Source: an uncultured bacterium (GTDB lineage: Bacteria; JAGOEH01). From it: DNA of 64,000 nucleotides. The DNA is taken from the NCBI GenBank assembly GCA_964632485.1, contig CAZWDO010000007.1:124001-188000 (forward strand), written 5' to 3'. Below the pieces are notes generated by a model that saw only the letters and a list, made by a program, of their open reading frames with translations, made no database searches and had not been told where the DNA came from. Positions 28,569-38,305 of this stretch are shown here, piece after piece (position 1 is the first letter of the stretch; every line of letters begins with the position of its first letter). The translations under genes were made by a program, and so were the position numbers.

Positions 28569-30629
28569 TTACAAACCTCCCCCCAGCATGCCCAGGGACA
28601 GGATATTAATACCGGTTTCGATTTCGTTATAGGAAAGAACAATTACCTGGGGAAAAAATTCTTCAATCATACGTCTGAAATAAAGTCGGATACCGGGTGA
28701 AGCCAAAACAATCGGCTGATGGCCACTATCCAACACCTGCTTAATTTTAGCGGATATATCCTGTTGAAAGCGATTGAATACCGCCGGCGGCAATATAATT
28801 CGGCCGTTAAAATTGGGATTTTTAATTGAATCAGTCATTAATTTTTCCAGTTTTGGATCAATGGTTAAGACGTACAATTCATTCGATTCATTTCGATATA
28901 AATTGGAAATTGTCCGCTTCAAAGCCGCGCGTACATATTCCGTCAAAAGGTCCATATCTTTTGTTAGTACGGCATAATCAGCCAGGGCTTCCAATATGGT
29001 TTCCAGATCGCGGACAGGAATCTGTTCGCGTAATAAATTATGTAACACTTTTTGAACATTACCCACCGAAAGCAGATTAGGGATGACTTCATCGACCAGG
29101 GTTGAGTTATCTTTTTTGATATTGTCCAATAACTCTTTAGTTTGCTGCCGATTGAGTAGATTAGGCGCATGGGATTTAATGACTTCGGAGAGATGAGTCG
29201 CCAGGACGGCAGAGGGTTCAACAACTGTATAACCCATTAGTTCAGCATATTCCTGTTGTTTTTTATCGATCCAGATGGCAGGCAAACCGAAGGCCGGTTC
29301 ACGAGTCGGGGTACCGGCAATTTCTTCTTCCACCTGGCCGGGAGCCATAGCCAGCAAGTGGTCGATCATCAGGGAACCCCGTGAAGTTTCGATACCGCGA
29401 ATCTTAATACGATAGCTGTCAGCATCGAGTTGAATATTATCACGAATGCGGATCGGAGGTACTATGATCCCGAGTTCTCCGGCTAATTGTTTGCGAATCA
29501 GCGCAATTCGCTCTAACAGATCGCCTCCCTGAGAGGTATCAACCAGCGGGATCAGCGAATAGCCGATTTCAATTTCCATGGGATCAATTTTGAGCATATC
29601 CTCGATTTTTTCAGGCTCTTTAGAAGGCGCCTCCTCGATCGCGGCGGCCTGAGCCGCTTTTTTATCCTGAGCGGCCCGAATGGAAAAATAGCCAATACTG
29701 CCAACAAGCAGACTTAGCGAAAGAAAGGGGATAGTGGGCATTCCCGGAACAATTGCGAAAACAAGCAACAAGGAAGCGGCAATCAAAATCGCCCGCGGCT
29801 GGAGAGTTAACTGGCGCACAATATCCTGGCCCAAATTGGATTCTGATGCCGCGCGCGTTACGATGATTCCGGAAGCGGTGGAGATCATCAGCGCGGGAAT
29901 CTGGGAAACCAGGCCATCCCCCACTGTCATGAGGGTATAGGTTTGAAGAGCGTCCATAAAATTCAAATTTAGCTGGACCATACCAATAATAAACCCCCCG
30001 ACAATATTGATCAGGGTGATAATGATACCGGCAATAGCATCCCCGCGTACAAATTTGCTGGCTCCGTCCATCGCGCCGTAAAAATCGGCCTCACGGGAAA
30101 TCTCGTCCCGTCGATTGCGGGCTTGTTGTTCGTTAATCAAACCGGCATTCAGATCGGCATCGATTGCCATCTGTTTGCCGGGCATTGCATCAAGGGTAAA
30201 ACGAGCCGCAACCTCGGCGATACGAGTGGCACCCTTGGTAATAACCACGAATTGGATGACGACTAAAATGACAAATACTACGAATCCCACAACATAGTTG
30301 CCACTGACAACAAAAGTTCCGAACGATTTCACAACCTCGCCCGCATAGGCTTCCCCCAGAATCAGACGGGTCGTCGCCACATTTAATGAAAGCCGGAAAA
30401 GCGTGACCACTAACAACAATCCAGGGAATACAGAAAATTCCAGAGGACGGATCATATACATCGTTACCATCAGAATGACCACCGATACTGTAATATTGGT
30501 CGCTAATAGTAAGTCAAGCAAGAATGCCGGCAAGGGCAGGATCATGACAATCAGGATTCCCACCACTCCAAAGGCTACCAGCAAATCGGAATGGCGGCTA
30601 AAATTCTTAAAAAAATCACCCATATTCAT
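28569..30629 (-). CDS. flhA: Flagellar export gate protein FlhA
   Basis: EVAARFTLDAMPGKQMAIDADL; FYGAMDGASKFVRGDA. Confidence 0.97.
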   Translation of the reverse strand: MNMGDFFKNFSRHSDLLVAFGVVGILIVMILPLPAFLLDLLLATNITVSVVILMVTMYMIRPLEFSVFPGLLLVVTLFRLSLNVATTRLILGEAYAGEVVKSFGTFVVSGNYVVGFVVFVILVVIQFVVITKGATRIAEVAARFTLDAMPGKQMAIDADLNAGLINEQQARNRRDEISREADFYGAMDGASKFVRGDAIAGIIITLINIVGGFIIGMVQLNLNFMDALQTYTLMTVGDGLVSQIPALMISTASGIIVTRAASESNLGQDIVRQLTLQPRAILIAASLLLVFAIVPGMPTIPFLSLSLLVGSIGYFSIRAAQDKKAAQAAAIEEAPSKEPEKIEDMLKIDPMEIEIGYSLIPLVDTSQGGDLLERIALIRKQLAGELGIIVPPIRIRDNIQLDADSYRIKIRGIETSRGSLMIDHLLAMAPGQVEEEIAGTPTREPAFGLPAIWIDKKQQEYAELMGYTVVEPSAVLATHLSEVIKSHAPNLLNRQQTKELLDNIKKDNSTLVDEVIPNLLSVGNVQKVLHNLLREQIPVRDLETILEALADYAVLTKDMDLLTEYVRAALKRTISNLYRNESNELYVLTIDPKLEKLMTDSIKNPNFNGRIILPPAVFNRFQQDISAKIKQVLDSGHQPIVLASPGIRLYFRRMIEEFFPQVIVLSYNEIETGINILSLGMLGGGL

Positions 30630-31543
30630 TCTTTCAGGCTTAAAATGGCATTCGCCAATTCGCGGGTCTTGCGGGCGAAACTACACGTGGGAATCTCTTG
30701 GATCGCCGCCCGCTCATACGTCATTTTCTGTTTAAGTACCCGATCTTCTTCGAAATAGGTTAAAAAATGCAAATCTACTCTCAAATAACGACGCACAATT
30801 TGACGTATTTTCTCACCCAGGCGCATCTCATTCATTTCAATCACCCGATTGAGGATCAAGTTGGGTACGAATTGTTCCAAGCGACGTTCAATTTTCACCG
30901 TTAGCTCAGAATTTTCAGGACGAATCCGATCCAGAATCGCATCGATTGTATATGTCCCATATTGTGACGGAAACATAAAATAATTCAACACTGTCTGGTA
31001 ATAAATATTATTTTTTGGAATCTCATTGAGTACCATCCTGAATATCGTATTTTTAATGAACGTATAGGCATTTTCAAAACTAGCCAGTTCAGGAGTAGCA
31101 ACTACCAGTGGAAAATAGGAGAGCATAAAGAAATCGATCACATTAAAGGTGGATCCCGCGCCCAGATCGATGATAATGAAATCAGCTTTCAGATTCAGTA
31201 TCTCATTGAGAACCTTCATTTTTTGAGTATATTTAAAATTAGTGATACTAATAATGTCACTGTCCGCGCTAATCAGATTTAAATTGGGGAAAGGAGTCGG
31301 AATCATAATATCACCCAACGACCGGGCTGAACCGGAAAAGATATGGCTTAAGGATAGAGTAGGGGCCGGTAATCCCATATAAGTATGGAGATTGGACCCG
31401 CCGAAATCCGCATCAATAACGATAATATTGGCTTTCATCATAGCCAATTGAACAGCTAAATTAGCGGAAATCAGCGATTTACCGACACCGCCTTTTCCAG
31501 AACCGATGGCAATAATTTTCGAAGCAGGCTGGTGTTTATTCAT
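30626..31543 (-). CDS. Second FlhG/MinD-like P-loop ATPase, inserted between flhB and flhA
   Basis: GSGKGGVGKS, DADFGGSNLH, DLGAG, ATPELASFENAYTFIK; ATGA overlaps with both neighbours. Confidence 0.85.
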   Translation of the reverse strand: MNKHQPASKIIAIGSGKGGVGKSLISANLAVQLAMMKANIIVIDADFGGSNLHTYMGLPAPTLSLSHIFSGSARSLGDIMIPTPFPNLNLISADSDIISITNFKYTQKMKVLNEILNLKADFIIIDLGAGSTFNVIDFFMLSYFPLVVATPELASFENAYTFIKNTIFRMVLNEIPKNNIYYQTVLNYFMFPSQYGTYTIDAILDRIRPENSELTVKIERRLEQFVPNLILNRVIEMNEMRLGEKIRQIVRRYLRVDLHFLTYFEEDRVLKQKMTYERAAIQEIPTCSFARKTRELANAILSLKE

Positions 31544-32610
31544 GCCACTTTTTTCCCTTTGAGTTTATAGACATACGCCAATACTTCGGCAACAGCTTTG
31601 TACAAATCTTCCGGAACCAGGTCATTCAGATCACACGCTTTATATAAAGCCTGGGCCAGAGGTTTATTTTCAACAATGGGTATAGCGTGTTCTACCGCTG
31701 TTTCACGGATTTTTTTAGCAATGAAATCAGCGCCGCGGGCGATCACGCGAGGCGCCGGGTCTTTTTCCATATCATACCGCAAGGCGATGGCTAAATGCGT
31801 CGGGTTAGTAATGACGACTTCCGCTTCAGGTACCGCTTTCAGCATTCGTCGTCGTGACATTTCCCGTTGTAACGAGCGGATACGACTTTTAATAATTGGA
31901 TCTCCTTCAAATTGTTTGTACTCTTCCTTGATTTCCTGTTTAGACATTTTTAGATTATCTTCGAAATCCCAGCGCTGGAATCCATAATCCAAAATGGCGA
32001 TCAGGAGCATAGCCAAAATCATCTTGAACAATAGGGAAACAATCAGATTATAAGTAAAGATACCGATTTGTAGGGTTTCCTGGCCGGCAGTCGCCATTAT
32101 CGATTCAAAACTGCCGCGAACAGCCCACCAGGCTACAATAGTGACAATGGTTATTTTCACTATTGATTTAAATAATTCCACAAACGATCGGCGGGAAAAA
32201 ATTCGTTTGAGCCCGGAAAAAGGATTCAATTTTTCAAACTTCGGCGCTAACGGGCTGGCGGTAAACATAAACCCGATCTGCAAAAGATTGGCGGCAACAC
32301 CTACCAGCATCATCATTCCCAGAAAGGGCAGCAGAATCATTAAAGATTGACCCAGCAAATCGATCATAAACGCCTGCATATTATCAGCCGATAACACGAA
32401 GGTAGTTGAAAAGGAAAAATAATGCCGCATCATTTCCATCAGTTTGTCGGTCATACTTTTTCCCCAAAAAACAAAATATAATAAAGCCGCTATAAAAATC
32501 ATAACGGAATTGACTTCGATACTACGGGCGACCTGACCCTTTTCACGGGCATCATCCAACCGTCGCTGGGTTGCCGGCTCGGTCTTTTCCTGGTTGCTGT
32601 TATCTGGCAT
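31540..32610 (-). CDS. flhB: Flagellar export switch protein FlhB
   Basis: EKTEPAT; NPTH autocleavage motif; EGDP. Confidence 0.97.
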   Translation of the reverse strand: MPDNSNQEKTEPATQRRLDDAREKGQVARSIEVNSVMIFIAALLYFVFWGKSMTDKLMEMMRHYFSFSTTFVLSADNMQAFMIDLLGQSLMILLPFLGMMMLVGVAANLLQIGFMFTASPLAPKFEKLNPFSGLKRIFSRRSFVELFKSIVKITIVTIVAWWAVRGSFESIMATAGQETLQIGIFTYNLIVSLLFKMILAMLLIAILDYGFQRWDFEDNLKMSKQEIKEEYKQFEGDPIIKSRIRSLQREMSRRRMLKAVPEAEVVITNPTHLAIALRYDMEKDPAPRVIARGADFIAKKIRETAVEHAIPIVENKPLAQALYKACDLNDLVPEDLYKAVAEVLAYVYKLKGKKVA

Positions 32611-32616
32611 TACGGG

Positions 32617-33414
32617 TTACCTCGCAAGAGCGAACAATCGGATCAGTTCAATCCATTGTTGGGAAAAATAGTTTAAAGCTTTCTCGAAAGTAAACACCCA
32701 GATCGGAGTGGCTAAAGCTAACACATAAAGACCCAGGCCGATCTTAAGAGGAAATCCGATAATAAAAATATTCATCTGCGGAACCGTCCGCGCAATGATT
32801 CCTAATCCAATCTCACTGATATAGAGCGCTATCAGCACCGGAGCGCCAATTTTAAACATATAGACAAATACCCAACCAGTCAGTTGGATCAGAACCGTTA
32901 CTAAATCACGGGAAAAAACAATCCGCGCCAGGGGAACAATGCTAAAAGAATTGAAAAGAGCCTCAATAATTACATAATGACCGTTCATAATTAAAAACAC
33001 CAGCATAGCGGTTAAAAATTTCAATTCCCCAATAATGCTGATCTGAGCATTGGATTGGGGGTCCAGCACACTGACGATTCCGAAACCAATCTGGTTTCCT
33101 ATTATTTGTCCTGCAAATTGTATGCCAATAAATACAATATAAAAGAAAAAACCTAAAAAAAGGCCAAAAAAAAGTTCGCTGGCTACGGTAATCAAAAAGG
33201 ACCATAAATCACCCGGCAAAAAAGATGGGTCATAATTGACCATGGGAAAAAGAATCAGGCTCATCAGTAAAGCAAAAGCCACTTTAAATCGGGACAGCAA
33301 TAAATTGCTTCCTAAAACAGGCGATGCAAAAAATAATCCGGCCACCCGAACCAATATTAATATGAATGCTCGGATTTCCAACACGGAGAAATCCAACAGC
33401 GAAAGCATCTCCAT
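32617..33414 (-). CDS. fliR: Flagellar export protein FliR
   Basis: Hydrophobic; AGQIIGNQIGF, ARTVPQMNIFIIGFPLK. Confidence 0.95.
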   Translation of the reverse strand: MEMLSLLDFSVLEIRAFILILVRVAGLFFASPVLGSNLLLSRFKVAFALLMSLILFPMVNYDPSFLPGDLWSFLITVASELFFGLFLGFFFYIVFIGIQFAGQIIGNQIGFGIVSVLDPQSNAQISIIGELKFLTAMLVFLIMNGHYVIIEALFNSFSIVPLARIVFSRDLVTVLIQLTGWVFVYMFKIGAPVLIALYISEIGLGIIARTVPQMNIFIIGFPLKIGLGLYVLALATPIWVFTFEKALNYFSQQWIELIRLFALAR

Positions 33415-33683
33415 TAGTGGATCAACTGGGGAATATTAGTGAACAGATTGAGTGTAAACGAGATCAACAAATTCATCATCCAGGGAAGAAAAACCACTAA
33501 AGCCAGAAACACAAAGATGATTTTCGGAACAAATGTGATTGTCATCTCCTGAATTTGCGTTACCGCCTGCAAAATGCCGATCAGCAACCCAACTAACAAA
33601 GCCACCAACAGCATAGGAGCGGAAAGCAAAAGCGTCAGCAATAGGGCTTGTTTGGCAAGGGTTACAATATACTGCTGGGTCAT
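33414..33683 (-). CDS. fliQ: Flagellar export protein FliQ
   Basis: QAVTQIQEMTITFVPK. Confidence 0.96.
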   Translation of the reverse strand: MTQQYIVTLAKQALLLTLLLSAPMLLVALLVGLLIGILQAVTQIQEMTITFVPKIIFVFLALVVFLPWMMNLLISFTLNLFTNIPQLIH

Positions 33684-33695
33684 GGCGTTTCCTCC

Positions 33696-34535
33696 CTACT
33701 TGAAACTGAGCATTAAGGATTGAATGATTAGATTCCATCCATCCACCAGCACAAAAAGCAAAAGTTTAAACGGCAAAGAGATCATTACTGGTGGCAACAT
33801 CAGCATTCCCATAGACATAAGTACACCAGCCACGACCATGTCAATAATCAGAAAGGGGATATAAAGGATAAACCCAATTTCAAAGGCGGTCTTCAACTCA
33901 CTAATGACAAACGCGGGGATGACCACTTTCATGGGAATATCAGCGGGTGTACGGGGGCGTTCTTCTTTAAGCAGCTTGATAAAAAGCGCCAGGTCTTTTT
34001 CCCGGGTTTGTCTAAGCATGAATCCGCGAATAGGAATAGCAGCCAGGTCCAGAGCCTGCTGCTGGGTCAATTGTTCCTTTAAATAGGGCTGCAATGCTTG
34101 TTGATTGATCTGATCTATTACCGGAGACATAATGAAATAAGTGAGAAACAGCGATAGACCAATAATTAGTTGGTTCGGAGGCATTTGCTGAGTTCCCAAT
34201 GCGTTACGCAGGAATGACAATACAGTTACCATCCGTATGAAGGAGGTCATCATCAGCAGTATCGCCGGCGCCAGCGATAAAATGGTAATTAAAAATAAAA
34301 TTTGGATCGTGGTACTGAATTCAGCAGGGTTGGTAGCGCGATCTACACCCACTGTTATCTTGGGCAATCCTTGGGCAAGAGTGGGAACATGAGAGGAGAC
34401 AAAAAATATAATAAAAATTGAAAAAAGAACTAAAGTTTTTAATTTTGAGGTCGATAATAGACGATATAGAGAGGATATTTTTTTTAATTTTTTTTTAAAA
34501 AAAAATGTCAAACAACACTGAAGCGGACTGATCAT
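33696..34535 (-). CDS. fliP: Flagellar export protein FliP
   Basis: MTSFIR, GTQQMPPNQ, SELKTAFEIGF, LFVLVDGW. Start placed at ATG 34535 (ATGA overlap with the fliO stop). Confidence 0.95.
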   Translation of the reverse strand: MISPLQCCLTFFFKKKLKKISSLYRLLSTSKLKTLVLFSIFIIFFVSSHVPTLAQGLPKITVGVDRATNPAEFSTTIQILFLITILSLAPAILLMMTSFIRMVTVLSFLRNALGTQQMPPNQLIIGLSLFLTYFIMSPVIDQINQQALQPYLKEQLTQQQALDLAAIPIRGFMLRQTREKDLALFIKLLKEERPRTPADIPMKVVIPAFVISELKTAFEIGFILYIPFLIIDMVVAGVLMSMGMLMLPPVMISLPFKLLLFVLVDGWNLIIQSLMLSFK

Positions 34536-34870
34536 GTGGGGTCGTCTCCTGTATAATCCATCAATTTGCAAATTGATTGTTCATTTTCACCGACAATAAG
34601 GAATTTTTTGCCTACTTGAATCAAATGTATCCGGGATTTTGGATTCAAATAGACGGTGTCAATAATTTTCATAGAATGCCCATGGGAAAGATTTCCCCGT
34701 TGGTAAACATATTTCCGCAGAAAGAAAACCAGTCCGTAAATCAAAGCAATCAGAAGAATAAAGACAAGAACGATCTTGGACAAAGGTTCCCAAAGGCTCA
34801 ATTCTGGCGTAGAAGCAAGATAGTGTGACGTATCTGCGACGAGGGAATCGATAAAACTGGAATCATTCAT
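34532..34870 (-). CDS. fliO: Flagellar biosynthesis protein FliO/FliZ
   Basis: One TM, then MKIIDTVYLNPKSRIHLIQVGKKFLIVG; lies between fliN/Y and fliP. Confidence 0.85.
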   Translation of the reverse strand: MNDSSFIDSLVADTSHYLASTPELSLWEPLSKIVLVFILLIALIYGLVFFLRKYVYQRGNLSHGHSMKIIDTVYLNPKSRIHLIQVGKKFLIVGENEQSICKLMDYTGDDPT

Positions 34871-35934
34871 CAGCGAAGACTTTTAATCCTTTCCTCCATA
34901 CCGACCAGAGAGGTGATACGTACCCCAAAATTTTCATCGATGACCACGACTTCGCCACGGGCAATGACTTTTTCATTGACCAGAACATCTACGGGTTCCC
35001 CGGCCAGCTTATCCAGTTCGACAATCGAGCCATGACCCAATTCGAGGATATCGCGGATCATCATATTTGTCCGTCCCAATTCGATAGTCAGGGGTAGTGA
35101 AATATCGAGCAGCATTTCGATATTAGTCGGTAAATGCCGGCCTTCTGCCCTGCTTTCACGATGGAAATGCGGCATGTCGGGTTCCTTAACGGTCATGCGT
35201 TCTTCAGCGCTAACCCTGTCGGGGCTGGAAGCCGCCTGAGCCGACGCTCCACCCCGCGCGGATCCGGGGGCAGCAGTTGGCGCCGCGCTAACCGCTCCGG
35301 CAGCGCCTCCTCCTTTGAGTCGATTCCAACTGGATAAAAAGGCTGGATCAAACAATACAAAAAAAACGGAATCCAGTTTGTCCGCGACTACAAGATGATA
35401 ATTCACAACAGCGTTCATTTCCAGCCCCATTGTCAAATCATCTACGGTGATCTCCCGTACATCGACCTGGCCGATTTGTACAGGTTTAGATAATATGGCA
35501 TTGAGTTTAGTAACCAGGCTGCCGTTCACCTGATTGAAGGCTTCACCGATCGCATCAATATGTTCAGGTAAAAACTCAGTAGTGCCTTCTCCCATCAACA
35601 TCAAGTCGGCAATCATCGCGACATCATCTTTAGTAAAAAAAAATTGCATATTGCCGTTCAATCCCTGCAGAAAGGGGGAATTGATAGCAACTGCCCCATC
35701 TCCCAAAGCAGATGCAATCGAGTCAAATTGGAAACTTGAATGTCCTGCGGGCTGGCAAGTGACTTCCAAAGCCAACGTTGTTGCCAATATAGTCTCAATC
35801 TGCTTGGCAATCACTTTTTCCAATTCAAGTATAATTTTTTCTACATCCGGGGCAAGTTGATTCATTTGAGTATCAGGCAAAACCCCGGCAGCTAAGGCAT
35901 CAATCTCATCCTGGCTTAAAATTTCGTCATTCAT
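34870..35934 (-). CDS. fliY: Flagellar switch protein FliY/FliN (CheC-like domain plus FliN domain)
   Basis: LSQDEIDAL CheY-binding peptide, CheC-like middle (DAIGEAFNQ), C-terminal SpoA domain (ARGEVVVIDENFGVRI). Confidence 0.88.
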   Translation of the reverse strand: MNDEILSQDEIDALAAGVLPDTQMNQLAPDVEKIILELEKVIAKQIETILATTLALEVTCQPAGHSSFQFDSIASALGDGAVAINSPFLQGLNGNMQFFFTKDDVAMIADLMLMGEGTTEFLPEHIDAIGEAFNQVNGSLVTKLNAILSKPVQIGQVDVREITVDDLTMGLEMNAVVNYHLVVADKLDSVFFVLFDPAFLSSWNRLKGGGAAGAVSAAPTAAPGSARGGASAQAASSPDRVSAEERMTVKEPDMPHFHRESRAEGRHLPTNIEMLLDISLPLTIELGRTNMMIRDILELGHGSIVELDKLAGEPVDVLVNEKVIARGEVVVIDENFGVRITSLVGMEERIKSLR

Positions 35935-36926
35935 AGATAGACTTCTTCTCCTTTTTTAATGGGCCGGGTAATTTGCACAGCCATTCGATCTTTGTATACG
36001 CCTGGCTGACAAATAAATTTTGGAAAATTTCCCACATACATAATCAAATCTTCCTTGGCTTCCTTACGCAGGTTAACCACATCTCCATAGGCCAGCTCAA
36101 TTAAATCTTTCATACTCAAACGAGTTTTCCCAAGAATAACTCGCAGCGGCGCACTGGTTTCCAACAATCGGTTCGTTAATAAATTTTCATGACCCACTGC
36201 GGTTTCTTTACGCAGGAAGGTAATCCAATGCTGGCCGGAAAGCTTGGAAATGATCGGTTCCAACAGCATATAGGGATAGCAGATACTCATCAAACCACTC
36301 GAATTGAGGGTTTTAATTTCAAAAGAGATCAGAATGACCGTTTCACCCGGGGGGGCGACCTGGACAAACTGCGGATTACTTTCTCGCGCTTCAAGCTTCA
36401 TATCCAGCGAAACGACGTGTTCCCATGCCTTGGAAAGATCTTTCAGCGCAAAATTAACCACCTTGCCAATCACGATTTGCTCAATCCCCGTCAATTCACG
36501 ATTGAGGTCCAGGGATTGTCCCTGGCCACCAAACAACCGATCAAATACCGAAAAGGCCAATTGGGGGGTAATTTCCAGTATGGCATTCCCCTGGATCGGC
36601 TTCAAACTAAATATATAAATACAACTGGGATCACTCATGGACATAATGAATTCAGAGTATGTAATCTGATCAACTGAAACCAAGTCGATATCCACGATCG
36701 TCCGTAGATGGGCCGAAAGCGTAGAACTGAAGGCGCGGGCAAAACCGTCATGCAGCATTTGCAGAGTGCGCACCTGGTCCTTGGACACTCGGTCGGGGTG
36801 TTTAAAATCATAGATGGCAACCGTTTTTTGAAGCGATTCCTCTTTGACTTTGTCGATTTCTACCTGGCCGGAAGATACGGCCGATAAAAGAGCATCAACC
36901 TCTTCCTGACTCAGAATTTCACTCAT
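35931..36926 (-). CDS. fliM: Flagellar switch protein FliM
   Basis: MSEILSQEEVDALL, YDFKHPDRVSK, ESNPQF. Confidence 0.96.
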   Translation of the reverse strand: MSEILSQEEVDALLSAVSSGQVEIDKVKEESLQKTVAIYDFKHPDRVSKDQVRTLQMLHDGFARAFSSTLSAHLRTIVDIDLVSVDQITYSEFIMSMSDPSCIYIFSLKPIQGNAILEITPQLAFSVFDRLFGGQGQSLDLNRELTGIEQIVIGKVVNFALKDLSKAWEHVVSLDMKLEARESNPQFVQVAPPGETVILISFEIKTLNSSGLMSICYPYMLLEPIISKLSGQHWITFLRKETAVGHENLLTNRLLETSAPLRVILGKTRLSMKDLIELAYGDVVNLRKEAKEDLIMYVGNFPKFICQPGVYKDRMAVQITRPIKKGEEVYL

Positions 36927-36949
36927 AAAATCCCTTTTTTAAACACACA

Positions 36950-37546
36950 TTACATTATTTGAAATTGAAATTTTTGAAAAAAAACGTTGGTAACCTTGCC
37001 ATTAATTAAAATTTTATTCAATTCTTTAATCATATCATTTTTCATTCGTTCCTTGGCATCCAGGGTATTCAGCTCGCTATAGCGTTTGGAAGAAATCATC
37101 AAAATCAACAAATCTCGCAATTGGGGCGTGCGCGTGGTTAATTCAGGAACCACTTCCTTATTATCGACTTCCAGAGCGACATTGACGATCAGGATGCCCG
37201 GTTCATCACTTTCATCGACGATCAGAGGATTTATCATAAAATCGTCGCCAAAGGAAAAAATATCACCCAGATTTTGCTTGGTTTCCGCGCTGCCTTCTTC
37301 GCCTTCATCGGTTTTTTTTATCACTTCAGTCGGATTATCTTCGGGTTTAATCTTTTCAATTTTTTCACTTACAGCGGCTTTATCATCAGAAAGCATAGGT
37401 GCAATGACCTTGATAACCAGCAAATAAGCCACAACAATAAGAACCAGCGCGCCGCCAATAAGTATGGGAATTTTTTTTATTCCTTTTTTTATCCCCGATT
37501 CATTGCTGAAATCATCAGATATTTCTTCAACTTTTTCACTTGGCAT
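36950..37546 (-). CDS. fliL: Flagellar basal-body protein FliL
   Basis: Single N-terminal TM; PQLRDLLI...KVTNVFFQKF C-terminus; lies between motB and fliM. Confidence 0.88.
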   Translation of the reverse strand: MPSEKVEEISDDFSNESGIKKGIKKIPILIGGALVLIVVAYLLVIKVIAPMLSDDKAAVSEKIEKIKPEDNPTEVIKKTDEGEEGSAETKQNLGDIFSFGDDFMINPLIVDESDEPGILIVNVALEVDNKEVVPELTTRTPQLRDLLILMISSKRYSELNTLDAKERMKNDMIKELNKILINGKVTNVFFQKFQFQIM

Positions 37547-37559
37547 GATAAATTCCCGG

Positions 37560-38303
37560 TTATTGGTTTGATTGGCTATCTAAAACTTGACGGAAAGACT
37601 GGCTGAGCAAAAAAATTTCAACGCGTCTATTTTTTGCCCGATTTTCGGGTGTATTATTTGGCACAATTGGGTGAAACTCACCCAATCCAACCGCCTCAAG
37701 CCGTTTAGGATCGATTTGGTTAACATTCTGGAAATAAGTAAGAATGGACAAAGCGCGCCCGGCAGAAAGTTCCCAATTCGAGAAAAAATCGGCATTCTTT
37801 ATGGGAATATCGTCGGTATGGCCTTCAATCCGAATCGGATAATCAACCGTTGTAAGCACGTCGGCGATTTTATCCAGAACCGCAAAGCTTTGTTGTTTCA
37901 ATTCAGCCTTTCCTGTTTCAAAAAAATTAGGGTCCGTAATGCGAATTCCCACCCCGTTTTTAGTCGGAGTAATCTCAAAATTTTGCGTTTGTTGATTCGC
38001 TTCTATAAACTGTTGCAGTTGTTGTGCCTTTTTTCTCATTTTTTTTTCCGCCCGGCTGGTACGTCGTTTCAGAGGTTTTTCCGCATCCAGTTTTTTACTC
38101 TGGAGCGCCACGGTATTAGTGGGAATGATTCCCAAGGCGCCTTGGAGCGAACCGGCGGCTTGACGAAACTTAATTTTTTCGATCGTTGACATTGAAACCA
38201 ACATAATAAAAAATGTCAACAATAAAGACATCATATCGCCGTAGGTCGTCATCCAGCCAGGAGCCCCCGGCGGGGGCGGATCGTCCTTTTTTTTTCGCGC
38301 CAT
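37560..38303 (-). CDS. motB: Stator protein MotB/PomB
   Basis: WMTTYGDMMSLLLTFF; OmpA-like domain GHTDD, NWELSAGRA, NRRVEI. Confidence 0.95.
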   Translation of the reverse strand: MARKKKDDPPPPGAPGWMTTYGDMMSLLLTFFIMLVSMSTIEKIKFRQAAGSLQGALGIIPTNTVALQSKKLDAEKPLKRRTSRAEKKMRKKAQQLQQFIEANQQTQNFEITPTKNGVGIRITDPNFFETGKAELKQQSFAVLDKIADVLTTVDYPIRIEGHTDDIPIKNADFFSNWELSAGRALSILTYFQNVNQIDPKRLEAVGLGEFHPIVPNNTPENRAKNRRVEIFLLSQSFRQVLDSQSNQ

Positions 38304-38305
38304 CT

